Positions 17,991-30,000 of a stretch of 64,000 nucleotides of DNA are shown piece by piece. How positions within the stretch are numbered: position 1 is the stretch's first letter; every line of letters begins with the position of its first letter. The translations under genes were made by a program, and so were the position numbers. Under the pieces are notes generated by a model that saw nothing but the letters and a program-made list of their open reading frames with translations, was not told the DNA's origin and did no database searches. The stretch is taken from IMG/VR virus record IMGVR_UViG_3300021399_000098; one strand, 5' to 3'. This DNA is from a virus. Its lineage: Duplodnaviria; Caudoviricetes.

Positions 17991-18701
17991 TTAATTGATT
18001 TTTATAGCATCGCTCAACACGTCATTTGGCATTACACTTTGATGTACCGAATAGTCCTTCCCATCCACATATTCCATCTTTTCCATTTCAACGTTTCCGT
18101 CTTCATCCTTATGGTTAAGATTGAACACATAGTCTGGCTGCAACCATTCAATAATGTCAAAATGACACGATGCAATTATTATCTTCAAATTGTTCTGTCT
18201 TATATATCTCTGCAATGCATAACTCATTGACTTTGCAACGTCTCTGTTCACAACCGATGTAAACTCATCCACATAGATTATTTGCCCCTTTCCAGTCTCG
18301 TAGATGGCTTTGCATAGGTCTAGCCTTGCTCTTTCACCATTTGATAATTCTTGAGGCTTACGAAGCCATGCAGGAACTGATGCAAGGCCAACTCCACATA
18401 GAAGGTCACATGCCTCTTCCTCTGTCAAATTGGGGAATTGGCTTATGACAGCCTTTTGATAATCATACTCTATAGGTTTAATATCACCTATTTCCCTTAA
18501 AATAGTGGATTTTCCGCTTCCACTCTTTCCACATATCAGCATTATATTCCATTCACTAGCATTCATTGCATCCATGTCTTCCTTTGATGGAATGGGAACT
18601 TCTGTCATCGTAAGTTCCTTATTCTGAATGTCATAGTTATCATATAGATACTGTGTGTAGTTATCATTTACGATTTTAGACTCTAATAGTATTTTTCCCA
18701 T
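17991..18701 (-). CDS. Soluble ABC-type ATPase
   Basis: GKSGSGKS, LSNGE signature, VDEFTS, ASCH; no membrane partner nearby. Confidence 0.85.
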   Translation of the reverse strand: MGKILLESKIVNDNYTQYLYDNYDIQNKELTMTEVPIPSKEDMDAMNASEWNIMLICGKSGSGKSTILREIGDIKPIEYDYQKAVISQFPNLTEEEACDLLCGVGLASVPAWLRKPQELSNGERARLDLCKAIYETGKGQIIYVDEFTSVVNRDVAKSMSYALQRYIRQNNLKIIIASCHFDIIEWLQPDYVFNLNHKDEDGNVEMEKMEYVDGKDYSVHQSVMPNDVLSDAIKIN

Positions 18702-18790
18702 GTTAGAATTGTTATTTTTTGCAAATATATAAAAAATATGTTAAAATTCCAAAAAAAAATGAGGAAATATTTCTATCTCCTCACTTTTTT

Positions 18791-19972
18791 TTAATCATCA
18801 CTGTCTTCTTCGCTAAATTCAATGTCAGATTCGTTAATATTTGTTCCTCCATCGTCCAATTTTGCCAATATATCCTTAATATATGTCTTTTTGTATTCCT
18901 CTAGTTTACTAGGACTTACTAGGCCGTTATGTACACATGACATTTCACCTTCATATGTTATATTCCAAGGTGTTGGCAGTTGATTCTTAGTTGTCCTAAT
19001 TTTTGTCGTAATACCATAGACATACTTAGAACCCTTTGCAGTTGCATCAAGTTTCTTTGTTGATGCCTTACCTATACCTCCAAGGTGAATAATCAGCCTA
19101 GCACCATAGAAGAACGTCTTACCGCCCTTTAATTCTATTGAAGGTACACCACCCATAGAATTCATTGAATCGTTCCATATTTTATTCACACAAAAGAATG
19201 TGTTTGTATATGGCTCACTTATCTTTTTTGAAGACGGAATTCTGTTGTTTATAATGTTACTGAAAGCTTGTGAAATAGCTCCTGCATCAAACATGTTATT
19301 TCCAGTCTTGCTTTCAAGAGACTTAAACGACTGTATTGAGCCTATTGAATCCCAAATGAAGCACATTGGATAAGGCATTTCTCCACTTTCTTGCTTGTCG
19401 AGGAATTCATTTATAGAATAAGCAATATCCTCAAGAACTGCTTGCTTACGCTTTACTTTGGACTCTTTGCCAGTGTTATAATCACGATTACCATATCTAT
19501 CTGCAAGCATCTTAGTGTCGAAATAGAAGAAATCACCTGTATAGTTGATGATTCTCTTTTCGGTGTGTGTTGTTATTTCGCCAGTTTCCTCATCAACATC
19601 CTCAACTTCAATATCACCGTATACTGGGGTTGCTTTTACTCCGCAATCAATTGCATACTTGAAATCAAAGTTATTTTCCGTTTCATATATGATTGGAATG
19701 ATACCATTGTTGATGCAAGACGCTATAAGACAGTTCTTAATGGTTGATTTACCTGTGTTAGACCATCCTGTTACAATGGTGAGATAACCCTTTGGTATTC
19801 CTGGCAATTTGACCGCATCAGAAAACGCTTGTGGCAGTGGTATGAAATCCATTTCCTTGTCGGCAACAGACTTGTCAAAGTCTGTGCTGTCTTTCATTGT
19901 AAGCTGAAATTTCTCTTTCAACTCACTAATGCTAGGTTTTTTAAATTCCTTTTTCTTGATTGGTTGTTTCAT
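18791..19972 (-). CDS. RecA/UvsX-like recombinase (likely start MKQPIKK at 19972)
   Basis: GWSNTGKST, YETEN, IWDSIGS, KGGKTFFY, KNQL. Confidence 0.8.
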   Translation of the reverse strand: MKQPIKKKEFKKPSISELKEKFQLTMKDSTDFDKSVADKEMDFIPLPQAFSDAVKLPGIPKGYLTIVTGWSNTGKSTIKNCLIASCINNGIIPIIYETENNFDFKYAIDCGVKATPVYGDIEVEDVDEETGEITTHTEKRIINYTGDFFYFDTKMLADRYGNRDYNTGKESKVKRKQAVLEDIAYSINEFLDKQESGEMPYPMCFIWDSIGSIQSFKSLESKTGNNMFDAGAISQAFSNIINNRIPSSKKISEPYTNTFFCVNKIWNDSMNSMGGVPSIELKGGKTFFYGARLIIHLGGIGKASTKKLDATAKGSKYVYGITTKIRTTKNQLPTPWNITYEGEMSCVHNGLVSPSKLEEYKKTYIKDILAKLDDGGTNINESDIEFSEEDSDD

Positions 19973-19974
19973 AA

Positions 19975-20595
19975 CTATTCTGTTTTTTCTTTGTTTATTT
20001 TCTCTCTGATTTTTTCTTTCCAACACTTTCTACAAATGGCTCTGTACTTGTCGTTTCCACCTATCATTACTTGTGCACCTTCTGTGATTATATTGCCGTC
20101 CTCATCAAACCTTGCGTTTATTGACGTTTTCCTATCACCGCACTCACAAGTTGACTTTATTTCTTCGATGTCATCTGCAAGCTCAAAAAGACGTTTGGAA
20201 CTTGGGAATAACTTTGATTGGAAATCGGTTCTCAACCCAAAACACATCACATTGACATTCAAAAAGTCAACCACATCAGATAACTGGTCTACTTGGTCTT
20301 CCGTTAAAAATTGGCACTCATCTATTATAACCCATTTAAGTGTTTCAAACTGTAACGCTAGGACATTTCTGTATGCTTTAACTGCTTTATATAAATTAAC
20401 GTCTCGGTCAACCATTATACATTTGCGCTCAAGTCCTGCTCTAGAACGAATGATACCTTCCCCATCCCTTGTGTCCAATGATGGTTTGAAAACCATTATT
20501 TGTACACCTTTTTCCTCAAAGTTATAAGCTGTGCTCAATAACCTCAGTGTTTTGGCTGAAGCCATTGAGCCGTAATAGTAGAATAATTTACTCAT
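19975..20595 (-). CDS. tdk: Thymidine kinase
   Basis: GSMASAKT, IDECQFL, FGLRTDF, Zn-binding CECG...CRKC. Confidence 0.93.
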   Translation of the reverse strand: MSKLFYYYGSMASAKTLRLLSTAYNFEEKGVQIMVFKPSLDTRDGEGIIRSRAGLERKCIMVDRDVNLYKAVKAYRNVLALQFETLKWVIIDECQFLTEDQVDQLSDVVDFLNVNVMCFGLRTDFQSKLFPSSKRLFELADDIEEIKSTCECGDRKTSINARFDEDGNIITEGAQVMIGGNDKYRAICRKCWKEKIREKINKEKTE

Positions 20596-20609
20596 ATCAA
20601 ATTACTTAA

Positions 20610-21611
20610 TTAGAATGGCAAATCATCATCTGCCTCATTTGCAGCCTCTTCCGCATCGTTGACGATTATCGTGCCTGAATTTGCAATCTTTGAAAAATCA
20701 GTAGTTTCTTCCTTCAATTCCTCTTCAACTCTTGCTTGTTCAGCCTCTTCCTTAATCTTATTCATTTCGTCTTTATCAACATATTTGTTAAGCTCCTTGT
20801 TGAAAATTGGAACTCCACCCATAGCGATAATTGTCATGTAATCATAAGACTTAACGGTGTACACGTCATACCACTTCTTCTCATCCTCAATCCATTTCAT
20901 GCCAAGGTCGTAGTCTTCCGTAAGTGGTGATGGCGAACCTGCGTCAAGAACTTGAATCGTTGTCTTACCATCAGTTGTCTTTGTTAACGTAATGTCAAGG
21001 TCAAGGCCATTATTAAGGTCGAAAATACTATAAACATTGCCTTTCTTGGCTGCACTAGCCGCACGTCTGTTTGCAAGGTTCATAATCTTGTCATACACAC
21101 CATCTTTCTTCTTTGAAGAATTGAAGAGCCAAAACTTAACACCGTCTTCCTCATGGTCACGTTCAATACAGCGCACAATCCACATTTCCTTAACCTTGTT
21201 AAGGAATTCAATATCACCGTACTTCTTCTTTGTTGGCTCATCCAAAGACTTTGACTTCAATTCCCTAGCCTTTGCTGACGTCTCACAGAATGGACAATTA
21301 TCTCCCATTGGAGAACCATCTTTCATGTTGTGAGTAGGGCACACAAAAGTCTTCCATCCACTAGATGAAACCTCCTTGTTAACCTTTACGGTATGCATAA
21401 AAACTTTCTTGAAAGGGCTACCACCTTCTGGGGAGAATGGTAACAGTCTGATTGTTAATGTTTTAGTAGCTTCATTATCACCAAGTCTTGCTTGTAGATA
21501 ATTTTTTTCATTAAATTGTGTTTTCTTAGGGGTAAATGCTTTTTGTTCTTCTTCGTACTGGTTTTTTACCTCTTCTGCGTCAATGTTGACACTAAAATTT
21601 TTGTTGTTCAT
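20610..21611 (-). CDS. Single-stranded DNA-binding protein, T4 gp32-like
   Basis: IRLLP, CP..CPFCE Zn site, IFDLNNG, acidic tail ending DDDLPF. Confidence 0.8.
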   Translation of the reverse strand: MNNKNFSVNIDAEEVKNQYEEEQKAFTPKKTQFNEKNYLQARLGDNEATKTLTIRLLPFSPEGGSPFKKVFMHTVKVNKEVSSSGWKTFVCPTHNMKDGSPMGDNCPFCETSAKARELKSKSLDEPTKKKYGDIEFLNKVKEMWIVRCIERDHEEDGVKFWLFNSSKKKDGVYDKIMNLANRRAASAAKKGNVYSIFDLNNGLDLDITLTKTTDGKTTIQVLDAGSPSPLTEDYDLGMKWIEDEKKWYDVYTVKSYDYMTIIAMGGVPIFNKELNKYVDKDEMNKIKEEAEQARVEEELKEETTDFSKIANSGTIIVNDAEEAANEADDDLPF

Positions 21612-21705
21612 AAGTTAAATTGTTTAAAAAAATTATTTTAAATGTACGTCAAAACGTACTTAAATTGTTATTGCAAAAATATATAAAAAAAGTTAAAAAA
21701 ACAAA

Positions 21706-21742
21706 TTTTTCCCCAACTATTTCCCTGAATAATTGGGGAAAA
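21706..21742 (-). terminator. Intrinsic terminator
   Basis: TTTTCCCCAA...TTGGGGAAAA inverted repeat downstream of 21752. Confidence 0.65.
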
Positions 21743-21751
21743 TATAAATCA

Positions 21752-22615
21752 TTATAATTTGAACAACTTCTCTAATGTCTGAATGTCATCGTCTTCAACT
21801 TTAAAGAAGGTGTTTGCTATATCATCATCTGGATTATCCACATCATCATTTGTAATCACATATTCCTTTGTTGTGGGTTCTGAGTTGTCAGAATATGCCT
21901 CATATCCACCTTGTTTTGCCTTTTCAGCCCAAAAATCATTAGGCTTTACGTTGAAAGGGTAAGAATCTAATGAACGAAGGTTCAGTTTTTCAGTCTGTGT
22001 AGGATTTCTCTTTTCAAACTCAGCTTTCAATGCTTCGATTTCGTTGTTATTGTCCTCTACTTTTGAAAGTAGATTTTTTATCGTGTCAATCAACGAATTC
22101 ATTCTAGCATCGACCTTTGCCAAATCCCTTCCTATGTGATTCTGCTTAACATTAAGTTTATCTTGCGCTTTTGTAAGCCCATCAATGTCAATAGTATCAC
22201 CATCTTCATCAGCAGATTCTTCTTCTCCCATAGGTGCTTCGGCCATTGGGTCAGCACCCATAGCATTTGGGTCTCCACCTGCCATTGGGTCAGCTCCTCC
22301 CATAGCGTTAGGGTCTCCACTAGCCATAGGGTCTGCGCCACCCATTGCATTTGGGTCTCCTCCCATAGCGTTAGGGTCTCCACCCATGCCACCATTTGGG
22401 TCTTGAGGCATACCACCACCCATTGCGTTAGGGTCTCCGCCAGCCATTGTATTTGGGTCTCCTCCCATAGCGTTAGGGTCTTGCATATCCTCACCAGCTT
22501 CTTCTAACTCTTCCTCTGGTAAGACGGTTGGTATATATGCCTCGCTGAGACGCATAAAATGTTTATGTGCCTCCAACAAGTTATTTTCCTTAAGATACTT
22601 AATGTTAGTTGCCAT
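21752..22615 (-). CDS. Acidic low-complexity coiled-coil protein, possible head core/scaffold or internal protein
   Basis: LKE/LLE N-terminus, GGDPNAM repeats, coiled coil. Confidence 0.55.
   Translation of the reverse strand: MATNIKYLKENNLLEAHKHFMRLSEAYIPTVLPEEELEEAGEDMQDPNAMGGDPNTMAGGDPNAMGGGMPQDPNGGMGGDPNAMGGDPNAMGGADPMASGDPNAMGGADPMAGGDPNAMGADPMAEAPMGEEESADEDGDTIDIDGLTKAQDKLNVKQNHIGRDLAKVDARMNSLIDTIKNLLSKVEDNNNEIEALKAEFEKRNPTQTEKLNLRSLDSYPFNVKPNDFWAEKAKQGGYEAYSDNSEPTTKEYVITNDDVDNPDDDIANTFFKVEDDDIQTLEKLFKL
22245..22480 (-). repeat. Coding tandem repeat of about 21 nt encoding GGDPNAM / GGADPMA
   Basis: About 11 imperfect units such as cccatagcgttagggtctcc. Confidence 0.85.
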
Positions 22616-22622
22616 TTGTATA

Positions 22623-22937
22623 TTAATCGTTCAATAGTTCTTTATTATCTTCTGTCAAAATAGTTTTTGAACTCTCTGTCCTCTCAATAAGACCTTTATC
22701 CTTTTTGATTCTTTTAGTTCCGCTTGCAGCAGCACCGCTATTTAAAACTTCTTGTGCCATTGCTATTTTTTCGCTTGTTGTCATAACTTGTTCTTTTATA
22801 GTATCGTTATTTTTCTTGTCAGTAGTAGAAGGTACTTGTTTTGATTCTTCCTTTTTGCCGACTTCTTTCTTTTGAACATTAGAAAGACTTATCTGGGGCT
22901 TTCTATTGTCAATATGTTTCATTATAAACCTTCCCAT
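22623..22937 (-). CDS. Hypothetical protein
   Basis: 104-aa ORF with TATTTATA upstream (22958-22965). Confidence 0.65.
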   Translation of the reverse strand: MGRFIMKHIDNRKPQISLSNVQKKEVGKKEESKQVPSTTDKKNNDTIKEQVMTTSEKIAMAQEVLNSGAAASGTKRIKKDKGLIERTESSKTILTEDNKELLND

Positions 22938-22970
22938 AATACTTATAATTTATTTACTATAAATATCTCC

Positions 22971-23378
22971 TTAGTTGAAAAATACGGATTTATCCTCTAT
23001 TTTGGACAAGTTTGACACAGAAAGTTCCCCATTGGTGAGAATAATAAGTTTGTCATGGTACTTATCCCAATCAACTAGATATTCATTATTAGGCTTTTCG
23101 GAATCTGAATTTTCCTTTTCGATAAGTTTATTGAGAGCATTAATAGAAAATAGACAGCCGTTCTTCACATGCATAACCGTTGCATTGTTTAGGTTCTTGA
23201 TGAACTTTTCCTTATCATAAGTCTTAAACGTAACTAGATATTCATATTTGTTAGTGTCTATGCTGTAAATGAATACCTTTTCCAAATTTACTTTGAATAC
23301 AAACTTAAGATTCTCAAGAAAAGACAGAATTTTGTTCTTTTTAACGAATGTTCCTATTATTATTCCATTTGTGCTCAT
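22971..23378 (-). CDS. Hypothetical protein
   Basis: 135-aa ORF. Confidence 0.65.
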   Translation of the reverse strand: MSTNGIIIGTFVKKNKILSFLENLKFVFKVNLEKVFIYSIDTNKYEYLVTFKTYDKEKFIKNLNNATVMHVKNGCLFSINALNKLIEKENSDSEKPNNEYLVDWDKYHDKLIILTNGELSVSNLSKIEDKSVFFN

Positions 23379-23387
23379 TTTTTCGTT

Positions 23388-23978
23388 TTATGTTGATATG
23401 AAATACGGAAGTGCGTACTTCTTATTTCCCAAGCGTCTGACTATTTTGAAAACAACCTTATCATTGTCTTCAATTACTATGTTGCTTGGGTTAGACTTTA
23501 TCTTTGACAAGACTTTATCCCTATGTATGCCACAATACTCTAGCATGGTTATAGAAACACCTAGAACACTGCCATCGTAAGGTATATACAAAATGTTATT
23601 ACTAATATAAATATTCTTTATTTCTTTAGAAAATATAATATTATATAATTTTTTTATTTTACTATACCTTAACTTACATATATCTATATAGATATAATTT
23701 ATTTTATTTAATATATTATTATATATAATATCATAGAACTTTTCCAAATCTTGTTCAAAGTCTGAACGGCTTTCACTCCTACTGAAAGTCCAATATACGC
23801 CATCACCCAAACTTCTGTCTAGTATGGACTTATAACCACTGTATTTCTTTGCATTTTTCCAACCTACAACTAAAATAGGTCTAGTGGAGTCAGCCAACGT
23901 AATGTCATTGACTTGCTCCACAAACCCATCTATTTTTGCAAGCTTCTTGTCCGTAACAATATAACCTAATGTCTTCAT
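23388..23978 (-). CDS. Hypothetical protein
   Basis: 196-aa ORF with TTTG-N20-TATATTTG promoter at 23996-24027. Confidence 0.65.
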   Translation of the reverse strand: MKTLGYIVTDKKLAKIDGFVEQVNDITLADSTRPILVVGWKNAKKYSGYKSILDRSLGDGVYWTFSRSESRSDFEQDLEKFYDIIYNNILNKINYIYIDICKLRYSKIKKLYNIIFSKEIKNIYISNNILYIPYDGSVLGVSITMLEYCGIHRDKVLSKIKSNPSNIVIEDNDKVVFKIVRRLGNKKYALPYFIST

Positions 23979-24069
23979 AAAATGTTATTTGTTTGCAAAT
24001 ATATATAAAAAAAGTTAAAAAAACAAATTTTATACCATTAGAGCTAATTTTATGTCACTTAGTTTACTG

Positions 24070-27000
24070 TCATACTAGTGGCAAACCAGGTTCTTGAAAA
24101 TCAGGATGTCTCCAAAGGCATACAGAATAATCTCTATTACCCTTAATATTTGCATCTTTAAAAGCAGAATTTGCCATTATGGTAGCTTGAATAAAATCAC
24201 TACGCCAATCATGGCCTGTCCACATACATCCATGTGCTGACGGACTAGAAGGTGTTCCATTCCTATCTATTTTTGAATAATAATATTGGGTTGAAACGTC
24301 ACCTGGTCTAAACTTACTATTTGGTAAAGCCAATGCTTGTTCTATAGTTCCATGCCATACTAGTACCATTCCATATTGAGATAATAATGTTGTCTCATAT
24401 GTGGCTTTTGCTGGACCCCAAGGTTGTCCATTAAGTTTTTTTGGCCAAAAACACAAATCATTTCCAGCATTATTATACCATGTAGACGGAGCATTAGTAC
24501 ATTGACCAGTTGGAGATTGCGGTGCGTCATTACATCCGCTTCCCCTCACTGCTACTCTTTTTTCTGGTTTTTTATATTCATGTGACAAATAAAAATGTGA
24601 AACATCTTGAAGAACTTTCTTCATCTTTTCGTTTGTAACTAGACCTGAGAATCCTTCTAGATTCATGGTTTGTGTTGGTTGAACTGCTCTACCTAAATAA
24701 TCTGCTATATAACTAGCCATCTTTTTATATGATGACTCATTTGGATGGTAGTCTGTACAACTGACAGTTAAGCTTCCAACATTTATCACACCCCAATTGT
24801 TTGCTGTGCATATCGCTTTCAAATGAGTATTGAAATTGTCTATTGCAGAATCATCGTTTAGTTTTCCACTACAACTAGAACTTGTTGCACTAAGGCCATG
24901 CGGTATTGTACAGAAAAACACTTGTTTATCTCCGCAAGCTTTTCCTACATCTTCAACCCAATCCCATCCTAAACTATCATCACAACTAGTAATAGGATTA
25001 ATGCCACAGTTAACAACAACTACATCACAGTTAGTATTGACGGCATAAGTTGCAAAATTCTTAACTTGTTTACCATTAGCACCAACTTTATATGTTCCAT
25101 TTGCAGGGTCAATTACGGTAGCTTCTTGTGCTAAAATGCCAAAACCCTTTTCTGTTAGTTTCGATGTAAGTTGTCCTTTTGTGCAATATCCTGCCATCCA
25201 AGAGTCTCCGACACAAGCAATTGTAGAACCCTTTGTAATTTGTGCACCGCCACCACTATGAGACATCATTGAAGATACTATGCTATCGCAAGAAGTAGGT
25301 CTGTAGCCATCCAAGAAATCAAGATTATTATTATAATGTTTACATTCCTTTACAAATGCATTATCATCATTAACAACAGCCCTTCTCTTTGCCATTGACC
25401 TATGGAACTTAACGTTAATGTTCTGAGGAAGTACATCTATATAACCACTAGAATCATTTGCTCTCTGATAACATATATGAATTCTCCTATCTTCAGGTCT
25501 TACCGTTTCACTCAACATTACAGAAATGCTAACAGGCTCCTTAGATGGGTCAGGCTGCGGATTTGGATTTGGATTATCTGAAATCTCCCAATATATTTCC
25601 TTCACATACCGCATGTATGATGGAGTGGAAACAATCAAGTCGAAAACTTCTGCAACCTTTGAGTCTGCTGATATTCTCATCTGCTTTTCAACGTTGTTAA
25701 GTATTTGCTTCTTAAGCGTAACTGAAATAGAAGGTGTAGAATTACAAGACTTTTGTATCGCATTGAAGAACGCATCGTTCAAACTCTCTTGGTTGTTTGC
25801 CCCACTAGAAGGTGCTGATGCAATTTGCACTGTGCCGCCACTTTGACTGTACGCATCATACAATTGCCTTGCGTATTTTTGCCTATTTGCTAAGTTATCA
25901 CCTTTTTCATAACTAGCCCTAAACGAAGCGGCAGCAGCTTCTGGAGTTGCCGAACCATTGAGTGATGCAATATCTATTCTCGGACGAACGTTAGGTATCG
26001 AATCAATAATAAAATCTATCTGATGCTGTAAGCCAACAGCTTTAAGTTTATCTATTGCCATTTGTTTGTTATAACCACCGCCAGTTTCTGAACGGTTATA
26101 GTCTTGACCATATCCAGAAGCATTATTAGTTATCATATCAGTGAAACAGCCATAGTGGTCATTCCATCCACAAAGACCGCCTGCTATATATCCATCGGAG
26201 TCTGTATTAGCTGTATATGGGTTAAATCCACATTCTTGAGCAATATTACCTGCTACACCAGCAGCACCAGTTGGATTAAGTCCTTTGGCTATTAATGCTG
26301 TCATCATTTGTAAACCCTTCTCAACGAAATCACCACTTAACTCTTCAGTGCCATAAAGAGGATAAACCTTATATGGGCAGTCATTATCAGATGCAGCCAA
26401 TTGAGTCTTATCAATACCATTTGCTTGAGAGCCACCACCAATAGCATCACCTTTTAATTCGTCTGAGAATATGTTTTCAACAAGCTTCGTTGATACGTTT
26501 GCCATACGACAGCCAGTGAACTTGGTTGTCATATTTCCTGGCGTTATAGAGTGTTCAACCTTCATAATCATGTAAGAACCCTTAAACATAGGAACATTTA
26601 AAAGAACGAAATACATCAACGGCTGAACCCAAGCACAACCCATCATTTCAACTTCACAAGTGTATGACTGAGTTGAATAAATGTCGAACAAGTCTTGTGC
26701 TGCTACAGCCTTATTGGAAGGTGATGTTCCTGCTGATTCTTGCAATATGTAGTGTTTCGCTTGAATTGACTGCTGCGTTGCAACAGGACTTTCCATGTTT
26801 ATGTTAATTGACTTGAAATAGCTCTGATATTGTTTGCCGTATGAAACTCCAAACGCTGGGATATTATACTGTCCAGCCTTATTTGACTTTGTTTTAACAG
26901 CCATAGGGGTCTCATTTTCATCATTTAACATAAATCCATCGTTTATGTATTCGTTGTTCGGTATGTCCAAGTTCTTTGATGGTTCATACGGATATACAAC

Positions 27001-30000
27001 AACGAAACTAGGTGTCTTATGAAGACTGCTCCATTCAATTTCATTGAAAGATTTCATGGAGAACATTTCATCCATACTTCCAGGTTTCTTTAAATCAAAG
27101 AAATTCTGTATTGACATCATCATACACCTATTCAAAGCGTATATATCTCCCATGAAGCCCAACATCATGGTGTTGATGTCCTTGTATGATAACAATGCAT
27201 TAAGCTTCTCAGACAAGTATTTAGGGTTGATTAGAAGCTTATCACCTATATAATTGTAGAATGAATCTATGAAATAAAAATTATGCCCACTATTTTCTCT
27301 GTCCTCAAAGAAAGAATTCATTGACCAGAATTCCTTTGGATTCATTGGAATCCACTTATCATAGACTTGTTTCAAATATCTATAAAGTTCCTTCTTGATG
27401 TCTTCAGTTGCATTTGCTGGTTCTTTGCTTATTCTAACCAAATTTCCATTATCGTCCTTTACCTCAGTGTAAATTCCATATATGGTCTTTAGTTTCGTCA
27501 AGAAAGCATCCAAATATGTCTTGGCTTGTCCTACCTTCAATATTCTTCCGCTCTTTTTCATGTAATATTGGGCAAATTCAGTCTGATGGTAAATCGTCAA
27601 GAAATCAATTGACACGCTAGAAAGTAACTCTCTAGAAATTGATTTAACTATTGAAGAATTTTCATTGAACAAGAACTTTTTCCTATAATGTGTTGTAGCG
27701 CCCACTTCCTTTGGTATTGCATAAGGTGTGTTACTTATGGCTGCTTTAACATCTTCTACTGTTTTGTATTTGGTATTTGCTTGAGAAATACTTAACGCGC
27801 CAATCATTATATTACCTAGTTCCGAATCACTTATTTTGAAACTATCCAATAGAGTTTTGTTTGCGCTAATCCAATTATACAAATAATCCACCGTCTTCTG
27901 TCTAGCTGGGATGTTTAAAGGAGAACCAAACTGAAGGGCACTAAGGAACCTAGGAATTGGCATTATCCTTAACACAGCATTTTTACCGTTTATGTCGTTT
28001 ATAGGCACATAGCCTTTGTTAATCTGATAAAGTATTTCAGCAGCACCTAATTGTAGAAGCACTATTCTAGGTAAATAATAGAATGAATTTTCACCGTACT
28101 TAAATGTACCACTTTCATTGCTATAAGCATAATCGAATACGTGATAACCATTTTCATCGTTTTTGATGAAATACCAATCAACATGTATTCCCAAAATAAA
28201 TGCTAAGTGATAAACGTCAAACTCATAACCATTGTAGGTTATTGTTTTAGCATTGCCCATTATTTCAAATGTATCCAAATATCTGTATAGAAAAGATGAA
28301 TTATAATCAAAAGTATTGCTAAAATTATAAGATGAAACTGAGCCAGCACTATCTCCCATTGATGTAAAACACTCTGTTATGACGAATGAATCAACAGAAC
28401 CGTTCTTGGCTTCTGAACCTATGCCTGTCAATTGTGTGTTTGAATAAGTGGCTTGACTTCCGTCTCTTTTAGTTAATATATACTGTTTTGAGCTTTCGTC
28501 ATAAACGTATCCTTCTGTTATAATAGGTTCAGCATCAGTTCCTAACCTTTTGTTAACACTTCTAACGTCAGTAGAAGCGTATGTTCTGAAAACACCAGCA
28601 TATTTACTTACACAAGCATTATCAAACTCTATCATTTCAGACGTTCTATTATAAATTGCATCATAACAGTTTTCAGAGTCATTGATGTCGTTTGCATTAC
28701 TTAGTGTTTCTTTGTTGTAGTTTATGTTATCAATAATGAAAATTGTACCAAGGCCAGTGTTATCATCAGTTCCCTTTAAGGATTGCTTGCTTCCTATTAT
28801 TTTAGCATAGCTATAATCACCACCATTCGTTACTATTTTGTTATCCCTACACATCGCTATGGTTTCTTGACGATTTGAGAAAGATACATTCTGCATTGGG
28901 AACGCCCAGTTTTTAGGTTTTCCATCTGTTCCATTCTCCACAGCATATCCATCAAGCCATAACATATCGTTGTCAATAGAGAACAATATGTCACTGCCCC
29001 AAGGACAATTTGGGTCAGAATTTGAAGTTGTTACTGCTGAAATGATGAAATCAGATGTTATTTGGTCGTTCTTTAACCTACTTAAAAAATCTGGATTTGT
29101 TATCGTCACCAATTTCTTGAAGTTATAAGCTTCAGTTTTAGCAACATTCGCAATAATGGTTGGGTCTTGCCAGTTATTAGAATATGAAACATTATAGTTA
29201 CTAAGAACCATTAGGTTAAACATTCTAATGGCAACTTTACCTGCAAAGTCGTAGCCCTCTAAGTTATTACTAATTTCATCTGAATTACCATAAGGGCTTC
29301 TCTCCAAAATAAAGTCAAACGGTGCTAGTGGGTATTTGATAATGTTTTTAGGTCTTTCAGGTTCAGCATTCCTAGCGGCTACTATGTCGTTTATTGTGGT
29401 ATTTGTAGCATCCACATATGACTTGATATAATCCATTCCATTAAGCAAGCCATTAATCAAGTCTATCTCTTCAAACAACCTGCTCCCACCGTCTTGGTAT
29501 TCTCCAACCCACGTATCTTCTCTTTTAACTATATTGTCATCACCTAATATGTTCCTAGAAACCCTTGGAAATGGAGGTATCTCATCCTTTGAATTAGGGT
29601 TAACGTCATTACATATACCTTCAGCACCACTTGTAACGCCTAATTCTCCTGCTGTCCTACCTTCCATCTTGTCGATTGTGACATACATCATTTCCATTAG
29701 GGTTTCCAAATGTGCAAGCATAATTCTAGTGAAATTCTCTATCGTAGGATACCATTTCATTTGGCCATATATAGCGTCATTCAATTTTTTGTTCCTTCGG
29801 TAGTCGGCAGTTTCATTGATGCTATTCGTGTCCTTATCTTGTAATGCGTTAATCAAACTTTTAACTGTTTTATAACTAGGGGCAATTGAATAGCAATAGA
29901 CATACTGGTTTACACCGTCATTATATATCTTTTCCAAAATATAGTTCTTATGAAGTTCTCTATTTCTTTGAACGTCTTGCTCATACTCTACTCCGTAGAA

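Noticed and set aside
22132-22507. Alternative-frame and antisense ORFs with repeats
   Set aside because: By-products of the GGDPNAM coding repeat
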